Shown: positions 1-11,924, counted from the stretch's first letter. The stretch is DNA of 64,000 nucleotides from Candidatus Segatella intestinihominis (GCA_900548535.1 URLG01000002.1:25711-89710), one strand, 5' to 3'. The notes: generated from the sequence alone by a model not told the origin. A program made the numbers and translations.

Positions 1-1
1 G

Positions 2-790
2 GGCATCGCCTACATGAAATTCTTGCTTGGCACTATTGAAGAGTCCCTGGTTGGTGGCAAGCCATACCTTGCCATGATAAGAGATGATGGCTCCCGCATA
101 TCTGCCATAGAGCGGCAGGAAGAGGGAGGAGAGATCCTTAGCCACCAAGCGATTGCCCCGGGCGGAATACTCGCTCACCTTGCCATCATTACAGATAACC
201 ACGGTGCCGTGATGATACACATCGCAAAGACCCAAGTCGGGAGCATTGTATGGATAAGAGGTGGTAAGCACGCTATTCACCTCGCCCTTCTCATTGAAGC
301 CAAAGCGAGTGAGCTGGTTGATAGAGAGCATCCAGATATTGCCCTTGGCATCGCAATAGGTGCGAGTACACTGGGTATGGAATGTTCGATCCAGTTGTTT
401 CTGGATAGTTTCGTTCTCACAAGGTGGAACGATAGGTTGCATGGTGTTGAGGTCGAGCACCTGTGGTCCTTCTTCGAAGGCTATCCAAAGGCGCTTATAA
501 TGGTCTTCGTATACATTGCGGCAACTGTTGCTGCGCAAGCCGATGCCAGCAGTGCCAAGCCCGAAGTTTACGAAGTTGTAGCCATCGTAGCGTACCAATC
601 CGCCACCATGGGTACAAATCCACACGAAGCCGTAAGAGTCTTGGAATATATCATCGGCAAAGTTATTAGGCATTCCCGCAGCCATGTTGAGATAGCTTAC
701 GTTATACTTACTAGGCATCCCGCCTTGTGCATATCCGCCCAAGGTAACGATCATTGCTGCTATGAAGGTTAGAATAAATCTTCTAATCAT
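2..790 (-). CDS. Hybrid two-component system sensor, N-terminal periplasmic beta-propeller region (runs off the window start)
   Basis: Not in the ORF track. Manual translation from ATG at 790 gives MIRRFILTFIAAMIVTLGGYAQ (signal/TM), then GMPNNFADDIFQDSYGFVWICTHGGGLVRYDGYNF and SNSCRNVYEDHYKRLWIA, typical Reg_prop repeats of Bacteroidota HTCS. Confidence 0.85.
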   Translation of the reverse strand, partial: MIRRFILTFIAAMIVTLGGYAQGGMPSKYNVSYLNMAAGMPNNFADDIFQDSYGFVWICTHGGGLVRYDGYNFVNFGLGTAGIGLRSNSCRNVYEDHYKRLWIAFEEGPQVLDLNTMQPIVPPCENETIQKQLDRTFHTQCTRTYCDAKGNIWMLSINQLTRFGFNEKGEVNSVLTTSYPYNAPDLGLCDVYHHGTVVICNDGKVSEYSARGNRLVAKDLSSLFLPLYGRYAGAIISYHGKVWLATNQGLFNSAKQEFHVGDA

Positions 791-888
791 TACTTTCCCT
801 TCTTCCTGTCCTCTATTTTTGCATAGACAACCAATCCTGTTGAAAATACAGCCAGAAATATGTACATTCCAATTAATCCAATGGTCAT
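790..888 (-). CDS. Small single-TM peptide, 32 aa (MTIGLIGMYIFLAVFSTGLVVYAKIEDRKKGK)
   Basis: Manual translation. The start overlaps the previous stop (ATGA) and the stop overlaps the HTCS start (TAATG). Paralogous to 885..980. Confidence 0.7.
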   Translation of the reverse strand: MTIGLIGMYIFLAVFSTGLVVYAKIEDRKKGK

Positions 889-980
889 TGTTTTCTTTTC
901 TGTTCAATGTTAGAATAAACAAGAGCTCCAATTGCAACTATAGCCAAGAATATATACATTCCTAATAAACCCATGCTCAT
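885..980 (-). CDS. Small single-TM peptide, 31 aa (MSMGLLGMYIFLAIVAIGALVYSNIEQKRKQ)
   Basis: Manual translation. Starts 2 nt after the stop of 983..1189. Hydrophobic helix with basic tail; shares GLxGMYIFLA...VYxxIExxxK with the next peptide. Confidence 0.7.
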   Translation of the reverse strand: MSMGLLGMYIFLAIVAIGALVYSNIEQKRKQ

Positions 981-982
981 AA

Positions 983-1189
983 TTATTTTCCTTTCTTATT
1001 TTTATTATTACTTACCTTTCCTCGTTTTATAAGAAGCAGCCCAATTCCTAGAAGACCTGCAGCCAATGTCACTGCACCAATAAATGTCCAAACAGAATTA
1101 TCATCCTTGTCAAACATTTGGGATAAAATATATGCTGTTATTATATACTTCGATATATCTAATAGCCATTTTCCTATTTCTTCTTCCAT
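983..1189 (-). CDS. Small two-TM membrane protein, DUF6722-like (68 aa)
   Basis: MEEEIGKWLLDISKYIITAYIL resembles the GKWLxDIxKY motif of small Bacteroidota membrane proteins. Start moved to ATG 1189 because the track start lies inside the promoter. Confidence 0.7.
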   Translation of the reverse strand: MEEEIGKWLLDISKYIITAYILSQMFDKDDNSVWTFIGAVTLAAGLLGIGLLLIKRGKVSNNKNKKGK

Positions 1190-1219
1190 ATTTAGCTGCT
1201 TTATTATTAAACTCTGCTG

Positions 1220-1227
1220 CAAATTTA
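1220..1227 (-). promoter_or_regulatory. Bacteroidota -7 promoter element (TAAATTTG) for the small-ORF/HTCS operon
   Basis: Matches TAnnTTTG about 30 nt upstream of ATG 1189. Confidence 0.65.
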
Positions 1228-1261
1228 CAAAGAATAATTGAAACGAAAGAATATTTTTATG

Positions 1262-1302
1262 AAAAAAAAGCAGGCTAACGCTGATAACTGCGTTAGCCTG
1301 CT
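1262..1302 (-). terminator. Intrinsic terminator after the SusA-like gene
   Basis: Perfect 13-bp stem AGCAGGCTAACGC/GCGTTAGCCTGCT followed by a T-run on the minus strand. Confidence 0.85.
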
Positions 1303-1338
1303 GAGATATGAAAGCATCAAGTGACTGATACTAAGTCT

Positions 1339-3267
1339 TTAGAACTCCAAGATCATCGCCTGGCGAGGACGGAGTTTTACGTTCTTATTGATGAGGACAG
1401 TGCGACCATTGGTGATATCCGTTGCCTTCTGAGCATTGCCGATAATCTCGGCATAGCGAGATACATTCAGCTCATTAGCCTCGTTCTTGCCATTGATGAT
1501 GGTCATCACGCTCTTGCCCTTGTACTGGCGAGCGATGACATATACACCCTTCTGTGGACAGAACTGAGTCTGCTTGCCCTTGGTAACCACCTCATTGCCC
1601 TGACGCCAGTGTAAAAGTCGGCTCAACCAATTGAACATCTGGTTCTCTGTCTGCGTTCTGCCCTCAGCGGTAAAGGCATTATGCTTGTCGCCTGCCCATC
1701 CACCAGGGAAGTCCTTGCGCACATTGCCATCGGTTACGCTCTTGGTACCATTCATCAATACCTCGGTACCATAATAGAGCTGAGGGGTACGGTTGATGGT
1801 AAGGAGCAAGGCGAGTGCCTGCTTCAAAGCCAAGGTATCCTTGCCCTCGCCGAGGAAACGGTCGGTATCGTGATTCTCCACGAATGCCATCACGCTCTTT
1901 GGATTAGGATAGAGATAATCATAGCAGAGCACATTGTAGATGCGGTTCATGCCGTTCCACCAGTCATCAGTCTCCTCGTTCTTGGCACTGTTGATGCGGT
2001 CGAAGAATGCGAAGTCCATCACGGTTGGCAGATAGCTGTTCTTCTCAGAGAGCTTGCTGTCCTTCTGCCAAGCAGCGGTATAGGCTGGCTCGGTAACCCA
2101 GGTCTCTCCCACAGTGTTGAAGTGAGGATATTCATTGTCCAATGTCTTCATCCACTCTGCCATACCATCACGGTCGGCGTATGGATAGGTGTCCATGCGG
2201 ATGCCATCGATGCCTGCACTCTCTATCCACCACTCGCTGTTCTGAATCAAGTACTTCATCACATGAGGGTTGCGCTGGTTGAGGTCTGGCATACTTGGCA
2301 CAAACCAACCATCCACCGTCTCATGGAGGTCTGCCTTGCTAGCGTATGGGTCCAAGACTGGAGTCAACTTATAGTTGGTCTGCATATACATATCGTTGAC
2401 GGTTCGGCTGCCATCCATCGTACCTATCTTCTTCTGATGCTCCGGAGTCTGGTACTCAGGCATGAGCCATTCTGGGGTATTAAACCAGTCCTTGGATGGC
2501 ATGTCGGCTACCCATGGATGCTCAAATCCGCAGTGATTGAAGATCATATCCATTACCACCTTCAATCCCTTCTGGTGTGCTTGGTCGATGAGTGCCTTAT
2601 ACTCGGCATTGGTTCCGAAACGTGGATCTACACGATAATAATCGGTAGTGGCATAACCATGATAGGTACTATTCCTGCCATCGTTAGGACTATCATTCTC
2701 CAAAACAGGGGTAAACCACAAGGCAGTTACACCCAACTGGTTGAAATAATCTAAGTGCTGACGGATTCCCTCCAAGTCACCACCATGACGAAGGCTAGGA
2801 GCCGTGCGGTCGCAAGTCTTATCACGCATGGTCTTGATGACATCGTTCTTAGGATTGCCATCGGCAAAGCGGTCTGGCATCAGCATATAGAGCACGTCCT
2901 CGTTAGAGAAACCGATGCGCTTATCGCCTGCCATCTCTCTATTCTTCAAGAGATACTTTACTTTTTTGGTTTGCTTGCCCTGCTTGAAGTTCAAGGTCAT
3001 CTCGCCCGCCTTCGCGTCTTTCAGATTAAGATACACGAAGAGGTAGTTAGGCGAATCAAGACGGGCGATGGAGTCGATGCTCACACCCGGATAATCCACC
3101 GATACCTCGGCATTCTTGATGTCCTTGCCATACACCATCAGCTGGAGAGAGGCATCCTTCATGCCCACATACCAGTTGGTAGGATCGATGCGGCTCACGT
3201 TGACAGCCGCATTCATACTCATTGCGCTACTCATAAGCAACAATAATGATACTATATTCTTTTTCAT
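1339..3267 (-). CDS. susA: GH13 neopullulanase/cyclomaltodextrinase (SusA-like), signal peptide
   Basis: Cyclomaltodextrinase-type N domain, PDRFADG, YHGYATTDYY, DMIFNH, GIRMDT, GETW, ENHD motifs. Confidence 0.88.
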   Translation of the reverse strand: MKKNIVSLLLLMSSAMSMNAAVNVSRIDPTNWYVGMKDASLQLMVYGKDIKNAEVSVDYPGVSIDSIARLDSPNYLFVYLNLKDAKAGEMTLNFKQGKQTKKVKYLLKNREMAGDKRIGFSNEDVLYMLMPDRFADGNPKNDVIKTMRDKTCDRTAPSLRHGGDLEGIRQHLDYFNQLGVTALWFTPVLENDSPNDGRNSTYHGYATTDYYRVDPRFGTNAEYKALIDQAHQKGLKVVMDMIFNHCGFEHPWVADMPSKDWFNTPEWLMPEYQTPEHQKKIGTMDGSRTVNDMYMQTNYKLTPVLDPYASKADLHETVDGWFVPSMPDLNQRNPHVMKYLIQNSEWWIESAGIDGIRMDTYPYADRDGMAEWMKTLDNEYPHFNTVGETWVTEPAYTAAWQKDSKLSEKNSYLPTVMDFAFFDRINSAKNEETDDWWNGMNRIYNVLCYDYLYPNPKSVMAFVENHDTDRFLGEGKDTLALKQALALLLTINRTPQLYYGTEVLMNGTKSVTDGNVRKDFPGGWAGDKHNAFTAEGRTQTENQMFNWLSRLLHWRQGNEVVTKGKQTQFCPQKGVYVIARQYKGKSVMTIINGKNEANELNVSRYAEIIGNAQKATDITNGRTVLINKNVKLRPRQAMILEF

Positions 3268-3326
3268 TGTTACACCTTATTATATTATATAGGATTTCAT
3301 GCCCTTTATATAGAGGGGGCACTCCC

Positions 3327-5339
3327 TTATTTCTGATAAAGAATCAAGGCAGACTGTCCATCCACCAAGACTTCCTTGCCTGATACATGACCAAGTCCTT
3401 CCTCATTGATAACACCGTTGCAGCAAGCCACGGTGTATTCTCCCTCAGGGATAGCCATCTCCTTCGCCTCCTTATTGAAGTTGAAGATGACGATGATGTT
3501 CTTCCAAGCATCGATGCCCTGAAGGTCCTTGAGTTGGAATCCTACGAGGCAATCCTGCTTGACACCCTTGGCATCCTCGCTTGTCAAGAACAACAAGTGC
3601 TGACGTACCTTATCACCAGTAGAGAGGCGGAAGGCTGCATGGTTCTTGCGCAACTGGATGAGGTTCTTGTAATATATGAATACCTGTGGATAACTCTGTA
3701 AGTTATTCCAGTCCAGATGGTTGATGCTATCAGGAGAGTTATAACTATTATGTACGCCCTTCTTATCGCGCAGCATCTCCTCACCACTCAGGATGAAAGG
3801 TACGCCCTGCGAAGTGAAGACGGCAGTCTGGGCTAGTTGGTCGATGCGAATCAACTCTGCCTTACGCAAATCCTCAGGGATGTTCTTGTCGGTAAGCGAT
3901 GGGATGCTAGCCTTCAAGCGGTCAACCAAGCACATATCGTCGTGGCAACTTACATAGCTAATCTGCTCTGTAGGATTGTTGGTCCAAGGCTGCTTGTCAT
4001 AGTTTACCTTATTCATATCCACCTGTGGATGGGCTATACCGCCCACGATACCAAACTTCAAGCTCTCCTCCTCGCCAGAGATTCCAGCAAGAAGTGCGCC
4101 CTTATGGTCGTCAGAGAATGGACCACGGAGGGCATCACGCATATCATCAGAGAAAGCACCAATGCCCTGAAGCTGCTGGGTATTCGCCTTCATCGCCAAC
4201 TTTTCCGTTGGATAAGCACAACTGCCTGCGCTCCATCCCTCACCATAGATATAGATAGATGGATCTATCTCATTCACCATCTGGCGAATCTTCTGCATAG
4301 TCTCGATATCATGCACGCCCATCAAGTCGAAACGGAAGCCGTCAATGTGGTATTCATTGATCCAATACTTCACGCTCTCCAACATAAATTCACGCATCAA
4401 AGGCTTCTCTGAGGCGGTCTCATTGCCACAACCTGAACCATCAGAATACTTGCCTGCCGCTGTCTTGCGATAGTAATAGTCTGGATAAGTGCGCTGGAAA
4501 TTGCTATTGTTGATATTGAATGTATGGTTATATACCACGTCGAGAATCACTCGGATGCCTGCCTTGTGCAGTGCCTGTACCATCTCCTTAAACTCCTTGA
4601 TACGAGTTTCAGGCTTGTAAGGGTCTGTGCTATAACTGCCCTCAGGCACATTGTAGTTCTTTGGGTCATAGCCCCAGTTATATTGAGGGGTAGAGAGTTT
4701 GGTCTCATCTACCGAAGCGTAGTCGAAAGAAGGGAGGATGTGAATGGCATTCACACCGAGATTCTTCAGATGCAGAATAGCCTTAGGCTCTGTGAGAGCC
4801 AAGAACTTCCCCTTGTTCTGCAAGCCAGAAGAGGCATCTATAGAGAAGTCACGCCAGTGCATCTCATAGATAACGAGGTCGGCTGGCGACTGAATGGCTG
4901 GGCGAACGTCGTTTTCCCAACCAGCAGGGTTGGTTTGAGCCAAGTCGATAATGGCTCCACGGTTGCCATTTACGCCCACAGCCTTGGCAAAAACACCAGG
5001 AGTTTCGCCCTTTCCCATGTCGAAAGTATAGTATTTACCGGCCAAATCGCCCTTGATGGTAGCCTCCCAACGGTCCTTTCCGGTGGCTTTCATCTTGACG
5101 GTCTTCACAGCCTTGCCAGCTTCACCAGCATTGTAAATACGCACTTTTACCGTATTTTTAGGGGTAATTTGGGTTGAAGCACCCGTATTTCCATCTACTT
5201 CGACACTTGTAGGCGCATTCAATTTGAAAATAGTTTTTACCTTAGAATACACCATCTCATCGAATGTATTCTGGGCAAAAGATACACATGGAATCATTGT
5301 TACCATAAGCGATAACGATATAGTTCTTATTGATTTCAT
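3327..5339 (-). CDS. pulA: Type I pullulanase (GH13), signal peptide
   Basis: YNWGYDP signature, DVVYNH, GFRFDLMG, YGEGW, YVSCHD. Confidence 0.92.
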   Translation of the reverse strand: MKSIRTISLSLMVTMIPCVSFAQNTFDEMVYSKVKTIFKLNAPTSVEVDGNTGASTQITPKNTVKVRIYNAGEAGKAVKTVKMKATGKDRWEATIKGDLAGKYYTFDMGKGETPGVFAKAVGVNGNRGAIIDLAQTNPAGWENDVRPAIQSPADLVIYEMHWRDFSIDASSGLQNKGKFLALTEPKAILHLKNLGVNAIHILPSFDYASVDETKLSTPQYNWGYDPKNYNVPEGSYSTDPYKPETRIKEFKEMVQALHKAGIRVILDVVYNHTFNINNSNFQRTYPDYYYRKTAAGKYSDGSGCGNETASEKPLMREFMLESVKYWINEYHIDGFRFDLMGVHDIETMQKIRQMVNEIDPSIYIYGEGWSAGSCAYPTEKLAMKANTQQLQGIGAFSDDMRDALRGPFSDDHKGALLAGISGEEESLKFGIVGGIAHPQVDMNKVNYDKQPWTNNPTEQISYVSCHDDMCLVDRLKASIPSLTDKNIPEDLRKAELIRIDQLAQTAVFTSQGVPFILSGEEMLRDKKGVHNSYNSPDSINHLDWNNLQSYPQVFIYYKNLIQLRKNHAAFRLSTGDKVRQHLLFLTSEDAKGVKQDCLVGFQLKDLQGIDAWKNIIVIFNFNKEAKEMAIPEGEYTVACCNGVINEEGLGHVSGKEVLVDGQSALILYQK

Positions 5340-5389
5340 TTGGACATCGGCTTTTAAGTCTGATTATATCTGATCATAATTTTGTAAAG

Positions 5390-5432
5390 AAAAAACAGAA
5401 TTAAGTACGCTCATTTTGGGCGTATTTAATTC
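5390..5432 (-). terminator. Terminator-like hairpin between the GH97 and pullulanase genes
   Basis: Stem GAATTAAGTACGCTC/GGGCGTATTTAATTC followed by TGTTTTTT on the minus strand. Confidence 0.6.
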
Positions 5433-5493
5433 CGCCTTGCCAGTCGCCCACAAATACCACAATTACAGAGCGGTAAAAGTGGGCGATATTTCT

Positions 5494-7647
<2,154 letters not shown>

Positions 7648-7682
7648 TTATACTAGTTGTCTTGTTCTTAATTCTTAATCGA

Positions 7683-10358
7683 CTAGAATCTTCCACCCTG
7701 CGCTATCAACTCGGTGATATTCTTGAGATAATCCTTGCTGGCAGCCAACTCCTCAATATTGAGGTGCATACGATAACGCCAGTAATGCTTAGGATTATCC
7801 GGAATATTGATACGCTCGGCATTGGCATCTGGCAGGCGGAGAGCCTCGTCGATGGCAAGCCAATCCTGAATGCTCAAGATGCAGAGCATAGATGGAGAGG
7901 TGAGATGACGAGCGATGATGTCTCTAGCAAGCCAGCCTGGAAGTGGATGTGGAGCGGGTCCCTCACGATAGAGCATCGTGTTGTAATACTCCTGGGTGCG
8001 AGAGATGTTCTCATCCCACCACTGGCGAAGCGTAGGCATATCGTGGCTAGAGATGGTGCAGACAGAGCGGTAAGGATTGCGGCTCAAGTGTCCAAACTTA
8101 ACCGATGGATCCTTTGGCATGCTCTGGAGCTCCAAGCTCAATATCTTCAGTTCGTTCATCACCCATGGCACACAGTCTGGCACCATACCGAGGTCTTCGG
8201 CACATACCAACATGCGGGTGGCCTGTACCAGCTTAGGCAACTTCTTCATAGCCTCTCCATACCAGAACTGGTTGTTGCGACGATAGAAGTAGTCGTTGTA
8301 GAGGCGGTTGAACGCTGCCTTGTCATTATCATAGAGCGACTCATAGATGAAGTCGAGCTGCGCTGAGATACGTGGGTGGAAGAGCTCTGGGTTCTTGTGG
8401 TCACGCACGAAGAGCACATCGCTAATCAATGCATACAAGCCATCACGCAACCAAAGTTCCTTCTCCTCCGTAACACCAGCAAAGAGAGCCTCCACCTTGC
8501 GCTGGGTGTCTACCTCTGGCTTCATCTGATAACGCTCGGCATCCAAGCGGTCGAGATATTTTTCCTTCACCTCATCGGCACGCTCATGGAACATACGGTC
8601 CAATACCCAGTCGGTAATGAATGGACGGGTGAAACGTTCCTCCTGGAAGTTCAGTCCGTAACCCTGAATCTCCTCACGAGTCATGGCGAGAGCTGGAGCA
8701 AACTGACCGAGCAGTCCGTGTACGCTATCCACAGGAATCTCCCAGATGCGGAAGAAGCCGAGCACGTGGTCGATGCGGTAAGCATCAAAGTACTTAGACA
8801 TGTTCTGGAAGCGGCGAACCCACCACTGGCAGTCGTCCTTGATCATCTCATCCCAGTTGTAGGTAGGAAATCCCCAGTTCTGTCCGTTGACAGAGAAGTC
8901 ATCTGGTGGCGCACCAGCCTGACCATTGAGGTTGAAGTACTTAGGCTCCATCCACACATCGCAGCCATGGCGGTTCACACCGATAGGGATATCACCCTTC
9001 AGAATCACACCCTTAGCCTTGGCATGCTCATGGGCAGCACGCATCTGCTGGTCGAGCACAAACTGTACGAAGTAGAAGAACTCCACGTCCTGATAAGCCT
9101 GAGTCTTAGGATCAGAGAGAGCCTTGCGCTCAGCCTCATCCCATGTTTTATGGTCAGGCCACTGGGTAAAGTCGGCTGTGCCATTCTTATCACGCAGATA
9201 AGAATACTGTGCGTAAGGCACGAGCCACTGTTCATTTTCCTTGAAGAAAGCCTTAAACTCGGCAGTCTTCATCATCTTTTCACCTTCTTGCTTGAAGATT
9301 TGGCGCAAGTAAGCTATCTTAAAGTCATTGACCTTCTCATAGTCTATCTTACCCAACTCATTGAGTTGCTCACGAGTCTTCTCCGCCTCGGCACGTGCTT
9401 TGGCATCCTTCAATTCTGGCAGGGCGTTCAAGTCAGCATACTGTGGATGCAGGGCAAAGATGCTGATGCAACTGTATGGATAACTATCCGTCCATGTATG
9501 GGTAATGGTGGTATCATTGATAGGCAAGAGCTGGAGCACACGCTGACCGGTCTGAACCACGAGGTCTATCATCGCCTGGAGGTCGCCAAAGTCGCCTATA
9601 CCAGCACTCTTCTTGCTGCGCAATGAGAATACAGGCACCAAGGTACCTGCTAGTTTTCGATTATACAGGGCATAGAAGGATTGGTCGAGCTCGTATGATA
9701 CCAACTCGCCAGCCTTCAGTTCAGGCAAGTCGATGGTACGGTTGAATCCCGTCTCCCAAAGCACTTGGTCCTTCTTGCTATCGACGGCAAGGAACTTAAA
9801 CTCCAAGTGGTTGGTCTGCAAGTGAGAGGCATTAATGTCCACTGCCCACTCATTGTAGTTGTGCTGCACCATAGGCAATGCCTTCTTGCTATCCCAAGCA
9901 CCCAGCAGATTGTCAGCTCCTGCGATGGCAAGCTTTTCGCCATCACGCAGTTGAGGAGCACGCACGATGATGCGCACCGTCTTACTGTCATTCTGCACCT
10001 TCATCAGCTGAGGGTTCTGATGGTTGATGCAGTCGGTAAAGGCTCTGCTATAGAGATAAGCATCCTCTGGTATCGCATTCCAGTGGTCGTAGAGGGTATA
10101 CTGCTCTGCACGCTTAGCGGTCATATCGAGACGGTGCTTCACGAGCAACCACTCAGTCTTGCTCACCTTGCCATCACGCTCTATACTATAATAATAGGTA
10201 TAGGCCTGGTTAACCGTTTCCACACACCAATCCTGTGACCACTTCTCGCCATCGAGTGTGGTCATAGGAAGCTTCAGTTCCTTGTCCTCCTTCTGGATGT
10301 TCAAGACGAGTTGCTCGCCAAACACCGTTTTATAGTTTATGTTAAAATGAATCGTCAT
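7683..10358 (-). CDS. malQ: 4-alpha-glucanotransferase (GH77, DPE2-type with N-terminal CBM20-like domains)
   Basis: LQLLPINDT, DSYPY, KGDIPIGV, GAPPDDFS..GQNWGFPTYNW, RIDHVLGFFRIW, AEDLG, SSHD. Confidence 0.93.
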   Translation of the reverse strand: MTIHFNINYKTVFGEQLVLNIQKEDKELKLPMTTLDGEKWSQDWCVETVNQAYTYYYSIERDGKVSKTEWLLVKHRLDMTAKRAEQYTLYDHWNAIPEDAYLYSRAFTDCINHQNPQLMKVQNDSKTVRIIVRAPQLRDGEKLAIAGADNLLGAWDSKKALPMVQHNYNEWAVDINASHLQTNHLEFKFLAVDSKKDQVLWETGFNRTIDLPELKAGELVSYELDQSFYALYNRKLAGTLVPVFSLRSKKSAGIGDFGDLQAMIDLVVQTGQRVLQLLPINDTTITHTWTDSYPYSCISIFALHPQYADLNALPELKDAKARAEAEKTREQLNELGKIDYEKVNDFKIAYLRQIFKQEGEKMMKTAEFKAFFKENEQWLVPYAQYSYLRDKNGTADFTQWPDHKTWDEAERKALSDPKTQAYQDVEFFYFVQFVLDQQMRAAHEHAKAKGVILKGDIPIGVNRHGCDVWMEPKYFNLNGQAGAPPDDFSVNGQNWGFPTYNWDEMIKDDCQWWVRRFQNMSKYFDAYRIDHVLGFFRIWEIPVDSVHGLLGQFAPALAMTREEIQGYGLNFQEERFTRPFITDWVLDRMFHERADEVKEKYLDRLDAERYQMKPEVDTQRKVEALFAGVTEEKELWLRDGLYALISDVLFVRDHKNPELFHPRISAQLDFIYESLYDNDKAAFNRLYNDYFYRRNNQFWYGEAMKKLPKLVQATRMLVCAEDLGMVPDCVPWVMNELKILSLELQSMPKDPSVKFGHLSRNPYRSVCTISSHDMPTLRQWWDENISRTQEYYNTMLYREGPAPHPLPGWLARDIIARHLTSPSMLCILSIQDWLAIDEALRLPDANAERINIPDNPKHYWRYRMHLNIEELAASKDYLKNITELIAQGGRF

Positions 10359-10394
10359 AAGACCTTCTTAATAGGTTATTATATATTTGTGCTG

Positions 10395-10402
10395 CGAAAT
10401 TA
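10395..10402 (-). promoter_or_regulatory. -7 promoter element variant (TAATTTCG) for the malQ-susB operon
   Basis: One mismatch to TAnnTTTG, followed by CAGC, 37 nt upstream of the start. Confidence 0.55.
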
Positions 10403-10457
10403 ACAAAAAAATCGCTTCACTGTTCCTTTTTGTTGCAGAAACGTGCGCAAATTGCAA

Positions 10458-10471
10458 TGCAAACGTTGGCA
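10458..10471. promoter_or_regulatory. LacI-type operator TGCAAACGTTGGCA
   Basis: Palindrome with central CG, similar to the sites at 13032 and 23439. Confidence 0.7.
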
Positions 10472-10498
10472 TAACACTTCATCTTGTTCGCTTTCCGC

Positions 10499-11836
10499 TT
10501 ATTTCTTATCCTTTATGATAGAAACCGCCAATGCACCGCAGATAAGCAAGATGCCAGATACAATCATCATATCGCTCTGATGAGAACCCACCAAGCTCAG
10601 GATTGCTCCACCGCAGATGGCAGCCACAATCTGAGGAATACAGATGGTACCATTGAAGAGTCCCAAGTATGCACCCATGTGGCCATAGCCCTGCAAGGCA
10701 TTGGTAACAAAAGTAAAAGGCATGGCAAGCATGGCTGCCCAACCAGCACCAATCATCAAGAATGGAACAAACTGGAGATACTGGTCATGCAGGAATGGAA
10801 TCAAGGCGAAGCCCACACCACCGATAATCAAACTAACGGCGTATGCCATCTTGGTATTCTTAAACTGAGGCAACACTACAGCCCAGAGCACACTGCCCAC
10901 TGCCTGAACGGCAAAGAGGATACCCACCCAGTTGCCTGCCTCCTGGAATGCCTCAGAGGTAGGGTCGGTAGTATCCCATACTGTCTCAGCGATAGCTCCC
11001 GTAGAATAATTCCAGAGATAGAGGAAGCCTGCCCAGCAGAAGAACTGCACCAGTCCCACCTTCCAGAAGGTAGCAGGAGCCTTTCGGAGCAAAGTAATCC
11101 AGTTAGCCTTATCCTCAGAAGCCTCAGCAGTCTTATCAACTCCTAACTCCTCACTCCTAACTCCAGACTCATTATACATGGCGTACTCCTGCGGATTCCA
11201 CTCCTTCACCTTCATCGTAGTATAGATGACACAGAGGATGAGGATAGCCGCACCGATATAGAACGACCAGATGACAGAATCTGGCACCACGCCCTTATCG
11301 GCTACATTCTTGATACCCAGGAAGGTAAAGAGGAATGGGAAGATATATCCAGCTACCGAACCTGCATTGCAGAGGAAACTTTGGATAGAGTAAGCCTTCG
11401 CCTTCTGCTTCTCATTGACCATATCGCCCACCAGCATCTTGAATGGCTGCATCGCCATATTGATGCTAGTATCGAGGAACATCAGGGCTATCAGTCCGAA
11501 GAGCATCGCACCGCTCACCGTCAAGCCCAGCGAACCAGCGTTAGGCAAGAGACACATCACCAGTACGGCTATCGTGGCACCTATAAATAAATAAGGTATA
11601 CGTCTGCCGAATCGACACCAAGTCTTATCGCTCAGTGTGCCCACGATAGGCTGCACCAGGATTCCCATCAACGGAGGGAGAATCCAGAAATAACTCAAGT
11701 TGTGTGGGTCAGCACCCAACGTTGCGAAGATTCGGGAGATATTGGCGCTCTGCAGAGCGTAAGCTATCTGTACCCCGAAGAATCCGAAGCTCAAGTTCCA
11801 GAGCTTCCAGAAACTTAAATTAGGCTTTTGTTTCAT
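10499..11836 (-). CDS. MFS maltose/maltooligosaccharide transporter (SLC45/MalT-like)
   Basis: NLSFGFFGVQIAYALQ, QPIVG..SDKTW..FGRRIPY, MQPFKMLVGD; about 12 TM; starch PUL context. Confidence 0.88.
   Translation of the reverse strand: MKQKPNLSFWKLWNLSFGFFGVQIAYALQSANISRIFATLGADPHNLSYFWILPPLMGILVQPIVGTLSDKTWCRFGRRIPYLFIGATIAVLVMCLLPNAGSLGLTVSGAMLFGLIALMFLDTSINMAMQPFKMLVGDMVNEKQKAKAYSIQSFLCNAGSVAGYIFPFLFTFLGIKNVADKGVVPDSVIWSFYIGAAILILCVIYTTMKVKEWNPQEYAMYNESGVRSEELGVDKTAEASEDKANWITLLRKAPATFWKVGLVQFFCWAGFLYLWNYSTGAIAETVWDTTDPTSEAFQEAGNWVGILFAVQAVGSVLWAVVLPQFKNTKMAYAVSLIIGGVGFALIPFLHDQYLQFVPFLMIGAGWAAMLAMPFTFVTNALQGYGHMGAYLGLFNGTICIPQIVAAICGGAILSLVGSHQSDMMIVSGILLICGALAVSIIKDKK
11138..11172. repeat. 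Heptamer tandem repeat (AACTCCT-like, 4-5 units) inside the MFS coding sequence
   Basis: AACTCCT AACTCCT CACTCCT AACTCCA GACTCAT; encodes ESGVRSEELGV in the central loop. Confidence 0.7.
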
Positions 11837-11924
11837 TTGCTTATTCTTGTTTTTTTGTTTTTATTATTCCTGTAATTGTCTATCTAGCTATACGGCGAAG
11901 CCGCTATAAACTATCAACTATAAC

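Noticed and set aside
14..772. 252-aa plus-strand ORF
   Set aside because: Antisense shadow of the HTCS gene on the minus strand.
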